From Gammaproteobacteria bacterium (GTDB lineage Bacteria > Pseudomonadota > Gammaproteobacteria > UBA6429 > Thiohalophilaceae): a DNA stretch of 64,000 nucleotides. Position numbers and translations under genes: made by a program. Below are positions 59,588-64,000 of the stretch, piece after piece. The DNA is taken from the NCBI GenBank assembly GCA_029880855.1, contig JAOUNS010000005.1, positions 145,130-209,129 on the forward strand, read 5' to 3'. The notes under the pieces are model-generated. The model saw only the letters and a list, made by a program, of their open reading frames with translations, was not told the DNA's origin and did not search any database. How positions within the stretch are numbered: position 1 is the first letter of the stretch; every line of letters starts with the position of its first letter.

Positions 59588-60322
59588 ATGAGCACCCAAA
59601 TCCAGGTAATAGATCGTTCCGCCGCCCTGATGGACGCCATCGCGGCCTGTAACAGCCCCGCCAGTCTGAAGATCCTTTCTGCGGAAACCGGCCTCCACCC
59701 CTCCACCGCCTTTCGCATCCTCGGCTCGTTAATCGACAACGGCTTTGTCGAGCGGGACAGTACCGGCCACTATTACATCGGTCGACGCATTGCCCAACTG
59801 GCCACCAGCGTACGGCGCGGTATGGACCTGCGCGAAGAGGCCCGGCCGGTCATGGAAATGCTGCGCAACGAGATCAACGAATCCATCAACCTCACCGTCC
59901 GCGAAGGCGATGAAGTGATCTACGTGGAACGGGCTGTCCCCAACCGCATGATGCGTGTTGAACAGGTCATCGGCAGCCGCGCCCCCCTGCACGTCACCGC
60001 CGTGGGCAAACTCATGTTGCATGAACTGGGGGACGACTTCATCCGGGCCTATGCCGAACGCACCGGCCTCAGACCCTACACAATGCACACCCGCACCACA
60101 ACCGATGCCCTCAAACAGGATCTGCAACAGGCCGTCAAACAGGGTTATGCGTATGACGATGAAGAAGCCGAAATCGGCGTTGGTTGCATCGGCGTCCTTA
60201 TCCGCAGCCATGCCGGAGAAGTCCTCGGCGGCCTCTCCGTCTCCGCCCCCATTGAACGCAGAAAAAATGGCTGGGGGGCGTTGTTAAAACAGGCGGCGGG
60301 GGAGATAGGGAGGAGGTTGTGA
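59588..60322 (+). CDS. IclR-family transcriptional regulator
   Basis: N-terminal HTH (LKILSAETGLHPSTAFRILGSL) plus an IclR effector domain. Confidence 0.8.
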   Translation: MSTQIQVIDRSAALMDAIAACNSPASLKILSAETGLHPSTAFRILGSLIDNGFVERDSTGHYYIGRRIAQLATSVRRGMDLREEARPVMEMLRNEINESINLTVREGDEVIYVERAVPNRMMRVEQVIGSRAPLHVTAVGKLMLHELGDDFIRAYAERTGLRPYTMHTRTTTDALKQDLQQAVKQGYAYDDEEAEIGVGCIGVLIRSHAGEVLGGLSVSAPIERRKNGWGALLKQAAGEIGRRL

Positions 60323-60366
60323 TAATTAATATTTCGTGAAAGCAAGCCGGGAATAACCAGTGATGT

Positions 60367-60825
60367 TTAATCCGGTGATTGACATCCTACTTCTATCTCA
60401 AGCTTCCCTTTATATGTGATATCAACATCTGAGGAGATAATAAACGCTAACGGCATTTCGGCAGCAGTTCGGGTATTTTTCAGTCCACGCAATCTTTCCA
60501 GCTTAATAACACCACCTTCAATATCAGGAAGCTCTGTTACTTGGTAATACAAAAGCCGTGATTTGCATCCACAGTAAGCGGTGACTTTCTTGAATTGTGT
60601 ATGAGTAAACAATACCATACCTTGCTTTGTCATCTCGACTCTTTCAGGTGTCAGGCCAATACACCTGTCAACGTGATTTTTAAACTTGATTCTATCGACT
60701 CGAGGAACATTTTTCTCAGATGCGGTGCTCGTCTTGTTGTGAGCAAAACCACCACATGCGACGAATAAAAACTGTATGCAAATCGCCAAAGCAAGTTTAT
60801 GTGTGGTCATGTTTTTCATATACAA
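60367..60825 (-). CDS. Hypothetical lipoprotein
   Basis: Lipobox FLFVACGG. Low-GC region. Confidence 0.4.
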   Translation of the reverse strand: MYMKNMTTHKLALAICIQFLFVACGGFAHNKTSTASEKNVPRVDRIKFKNHVDRCIGLTPERVEMTKQGMVLFTHTQFKKVTAYCGCKSRLLYYQVTELPDIEGGVIKLERLRGLKNTRTAAEMPLAFIISSDVDITYKGKLEIEVGCQSPD

Positions 60826-61017
60826 AATTTATTTATGGTCTTCTTGTACCACCATATGTAGACGTATGTCTATAATCAACTTTCAGATTTATAAAAAATT
60901 AGAATAGAACCAAAAAATCATGGCGTCAGCGGGGAAATAAATTTTTCGTACTCACCCAGCCCACACAACCAAAACAATAACTATACTTCCATCATCACCC
61001 CTGCCGGATTTACCTGT

Positions 61018-61533
61018 ATGCCGCGCCATAAAAAGCGGGTTTCCTCACAACGTTCCATTCAAACCGTGCTTGACCAATATCAGCGTCAGGTGATTATTCC
61101 CCATTGTCACCGTTGTACAAAACCCTGTTGCAGCTTGAATGAAGTAGTACTGGAGTTTGACTGGAAGCAGTTGCAGGATTTCTATCAGCTTGAAACCGGG
61201 CAAAATGCCTTTGACCGCAGTTTGAAAAACGGTACAGGTCCACACTGGATACGCAAAAAAAATGACCTGTATTATGCGCATGGTTCGCCCTGCCCGGCCT
61301 ACGACACGGCATCGCGTCGATGCAGTTATTATCAATCCCGGCTCAAGCCGCAGAATTGCAGTGACTTTCCGGTCTATCTGGATAATGAGACCATTGTGCT
61401 GGACAGCCGCTGTGAAGCGGCCGGTGTTGAGAATTTGATTTCAGCTTTACAGGAAAAATTTCCCGCCAGGGTGTTTACCTGCCGGCGATCAGCCCGTTTG
61501 CCGGTGCTGTTATATATAGAATCAAAACACTAA
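61018..61533 (+). CDS. YkgJ/UPF0153 family Cys-cluster protein (CxxCxxxCC)
   Basis: CHRCTKPCC motif. Confidence 0.5.
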   Translation: MPRHKKRVSSQRSIQTVLDQYQRQVIIPHCHRCTKPCCSLNEVVLEFDWKQLQDFYQLETGQNAFDRSLKNGTGPHWIRKKNDLYYAHGSPCPAYDTASRRCSYYQSRLKPQNCSDFPVYLDNETIVLDSRCEAAGVENLISALQEKFPARVFTCRRSARLPVLLYIESKH

Positions 61534-61660
61534 CAAATTATAACCATCATTTACCTCTGGTATACTTACTGAATCCGTCATCGCTCTGATGATAGTCTGA
61601 TTAAAATGATGGGATGGAGACGTCACTTCCCCATCCCACGTACCTGGTTACATCAAAGAA

Positions 61661-62665
61661 CTAAAACCTGAATTCCATACCAACGCCGAGGAAGGTATTG
61701 GTTGAACTGGTGCCACCGGTATCTGAATCCCTTGAACTGTACATGGCATAGCCGGTTGTTTGCTTGTCGTACTTGTGTTCATAACCGATTGCCAGCAAGG
61801 TGTTTTCCGTTACGGTCGGGGCATTGTCTTCCACCATGACATACTGGACCTTGAACTTGCCCGTGCTGCCAGTCTTCATCCCCATGCTGAAACCCATCCA
61901 GGTTTCTTCGTTGTTGGCATTGGTCGCTGTTGCCACACCATTTTGGTAGAGGAAACCAACCTGCATCTCTTTCATCTGATAGATGGCTACAAGACGCATC
62001 TGGCTGTCACTCTCCGCACCGGCGCCGTTTTCATACATGCTCTGCGCAATACCGAGATAGAGCGGACCGGCTTTATATTTGAGCGAGAACATGATGTTGT
62101 CGGCCGGCCCGGTATCGGCATTACCACCGGTACCCGGATCTTCGCCCGGGGCGAAGGCGATAGAGTAGTCGATCTTGCCGGAGCCGCCCAGGTAGGTCAC
62201 CATGCTGTCCATGCGATCTTCACCGGTTTGATCTCCGGCCCTGGCAAAGTCACCATCGGTGTCATTGAACTGATCAAAATCTTCCTGGATCAGCTTCAAT
62301 GGGGTTTCCTGTCGACCGAGTCGCAGCTCGCCAAACCCCCCTTTTAAACCGACATACTGATCCCGCCTGCTCAAACCGGCGGTATTGTCACCCGTACCGT
62401 AGTCATCACTGTCCGGATTCACCCCGAACTCAATGTTATAAATGCCCGACAGATCCTTGTTGAAACTGCGCGAACCTTTCACACCCAGTCGTGATGAATG
62501 GCTGCGCATCTGCCAGTTATTGGTTATCTTGGTACCGGCGACTTCCTCCTGTACCTGCCCATAACTCAAATGGAGCCGTCCATATACCTCAGGGTCTGCG
62601 GCCATCGACATCAAGGGTGTCAACATACCTGCCAACAACCCCGTGGCTATCATTTGTTTTCTCAT
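61661..62665 (-). CDS. Outer-membrane porin (Gram-negative porin family)
   Basis: Start MRKQMIATG with SD GGGGAGA. Signal peptide. C-terminal ...GMEFRF. Confidence 0.75.
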   Translation of the reverse strand: MRKQMIATGLLAGMLTPLMSMAADPEVYGRLHLSYGQVQEEVAGTKITNNWQMRSHSSRLGVKGSRSFNKDLSGIYNIEFGVNPDSDDYGTGDNTAGLSRRDQYVGLKGGFGELRLGRQETPLKLIQEDFDQFNDTDGDFARAGDQTGEDRMDSMVTYLGGSGKIDYSIAFAPGEDPGTGGNADTGPADNIMFSLKYKAGPLYLGIAQSMYENGAGAESDSQMRLVAIYQMKEMQVGFLYQNGVATATNANNEETWMGFSMGMKTGSTGKFKVQYVMVEDNAPTVTENTLLAIGYEHKYDKQTTGYAMYSSRDSDTGGTSSTNTFLGVGMEFRF

Positions 62666-62993
62666 TTTATTCTCCCCGTAAAGATTGGATTTGTATTGAC
62701 GGCCGAATGATACTCCATCACACATATAAATAGCGTGAACCAGAACGAGACTACAATAAATTTCGTTTTCCATGTCTGCCGGTTGGGATTCGTTCCCGGC
62801 CCGCCGTCTGATAACCAGACAATCCGTAAATCACCCGTGGCTTGTTTTTTCGGCATTGCGCCACGCCTTCACCCCATCTGCCGGCATTTCTTCTCTTGAA
62901 ATTCAATAAGATAGAAAACAACCATAATTTTTTGAACTATTTCCAGTCATACCTGCCCAAATTTTCAGATGATGTATCAGACGAGATGATTCA

Positions 62994-63311
62994 GTGTCAC
63001 AGCGTTTTAATCAATTTCTCGCGATTTGCCTGGCAGGCCTGATCGGTCTGTCGCCGGTGATGGCAACGTCCATGGCGGATAATTCGAAGCATGACGTTAT
63101 GCATTGCCTGGTACACCAGACAGATCAATGCCCGCACCATGCAGACGGTAATAGCGGATGTGATTTCCATCAATGCTTTACACAAGTCATGAATTTCGCA
63201 GCGCCAGTTATGCTCGGGACCGGCCGACCGGCCGAACACGCCCTGCCTCGCGGTGACAACCCACCAACACCAGTTGATCAAACCTCACTCTATCGCCCTC
63301 CCAGGGCCTGA
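62994..63311 (+). CDS. Small exported His/Cys-rich protein, possible copper-associated
   Basis: Signal peptide plus HCLVHQTDQCPHHADGNSGCDFHQC, directly upstream of copA. Confidence 0.4.
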   Translation: MSQRFNQFLAICLAGLIGLSPVMATSMADNSKHDVMHCLVHQTDQCPHHADGNSGCDFHQCFTQVMNFAAPVMLGTGRPAEHALPRGDNPPTPVDQTSLYRPPRA

Positions 63312-63415
63312 AACCAGCCACGATTTGTTTCTGCATAGACCATACTTGGAGATATGCAGCCAGTTTCAGTTTCCATACATCCGTTTAGAGATGTACAAAA
63401 ATGAGGATATCGCAA

Positions 63416-64000
63416 TGTCAAAATTGATCTTGCCTTCTAACACAGTTTCATTATCCCGCCGTCGCTTTGTCCAGGGTCTGGCAGCAGGCGGCGCATTGAT
63501 GGGGCTGGGATTAAATCCACTCTCCGGCATGGCCGCCCCGCTGCAACAGCGCATGGGGCCACAAACCCTGCGCGGTAATCGGTTTGATCTCACTTACAGC
63601 CCCACACCGGTTAACTTTACCGGCAGTGAACGCATGGCCACCGCCATCAATGGCTCTGTCCCCGCGCCGGTATTGCGCTGGAAAGAGGGAGAAACAGTCA
63701 CTCTGACCGTGAAAAACATGCTGGCGACGGACACCTCTATCCACTGGCACGGTCTGATCCTTCCATACAAAATGGACGGTGTACCCGGGATCAGTTTTAA
63801 CGGCATCAAGCCGGGTGAGAGTTTTACTTACAGGTTTCCGGTCATACAAAGCGGCACCTACTGGTATCACAGCCATTCCGGTTTTCAGGAACAAACGGGT
63901 GCATATGGTGCGATCATTATCGACCCGAAGGAACCGGAACCCTTCAAGTATGATCGTGACTATGTGGTAATGCTGTCGGATTGGTCCGATGAAGACCCAA
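63416..64000 (+). CDS. copA: Multicopper oxidase CopA, 3'-partial (Tat signal RRRFVQGLAAGGA)
   Basis: HWHG and YWYHSH copper-centre motifs. Continues past the window end. Confidence 0.85.

Overview
This is a 64-kb gammaproteobacterial chromosomal window with mixed GC. It carries ordinary core-type genes: a PspA/YqiJ/flotillin cluster, a hybrid PAS sensor kinase, a tandem-GGDEF protein, the pbpC-yfhM operon, creBCD, an outer-membrane porin and a copA start. A roughly 5.5-kb accessory segment (about 32.8-38.3 kb) has no long ORFs and is a dense minus-strand tRNA gene array. I could parse about 22 tRNA or tRNA-like genes, and nearly every one is preceded by the spacer AAAATTGG, which encodes CCA followed by AUUUU in the RNA. 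The array includes a subclass with covarying non-canonical D/T loops. Inside or beside it are an HNH endonuclease gene, at least three copies of a roughly 100-300 nt structured element with compensatory base changes, several other hairpin-repeat families, a MITE-like element with 18-bp terminal inverted repeats, and two or three tiny ORFs with good Shine-Dalgarno sequences. Immediately upstream of the array lie an orphan rtcB RNA ligase, a truncated SEC-C-motif ORF, two unknown proteins (one PcfJ-like) and an SPFH protein. A second notable locus (42.0-52.7 kb) is a divergent pair of operons around a predicted NrtR operator. One arm carries two PF10127-like nucleotidyltransferases, NADAR, an ADP-ribosylglycohydrolase, a radical-SAM enzyme and four unknown proteins. 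The other carries nrtR, nadA, an SPFH protein, an NAD-kinase-like gene and a DUF4291 gene. All calls are from reading the sequence; no database searches were run.
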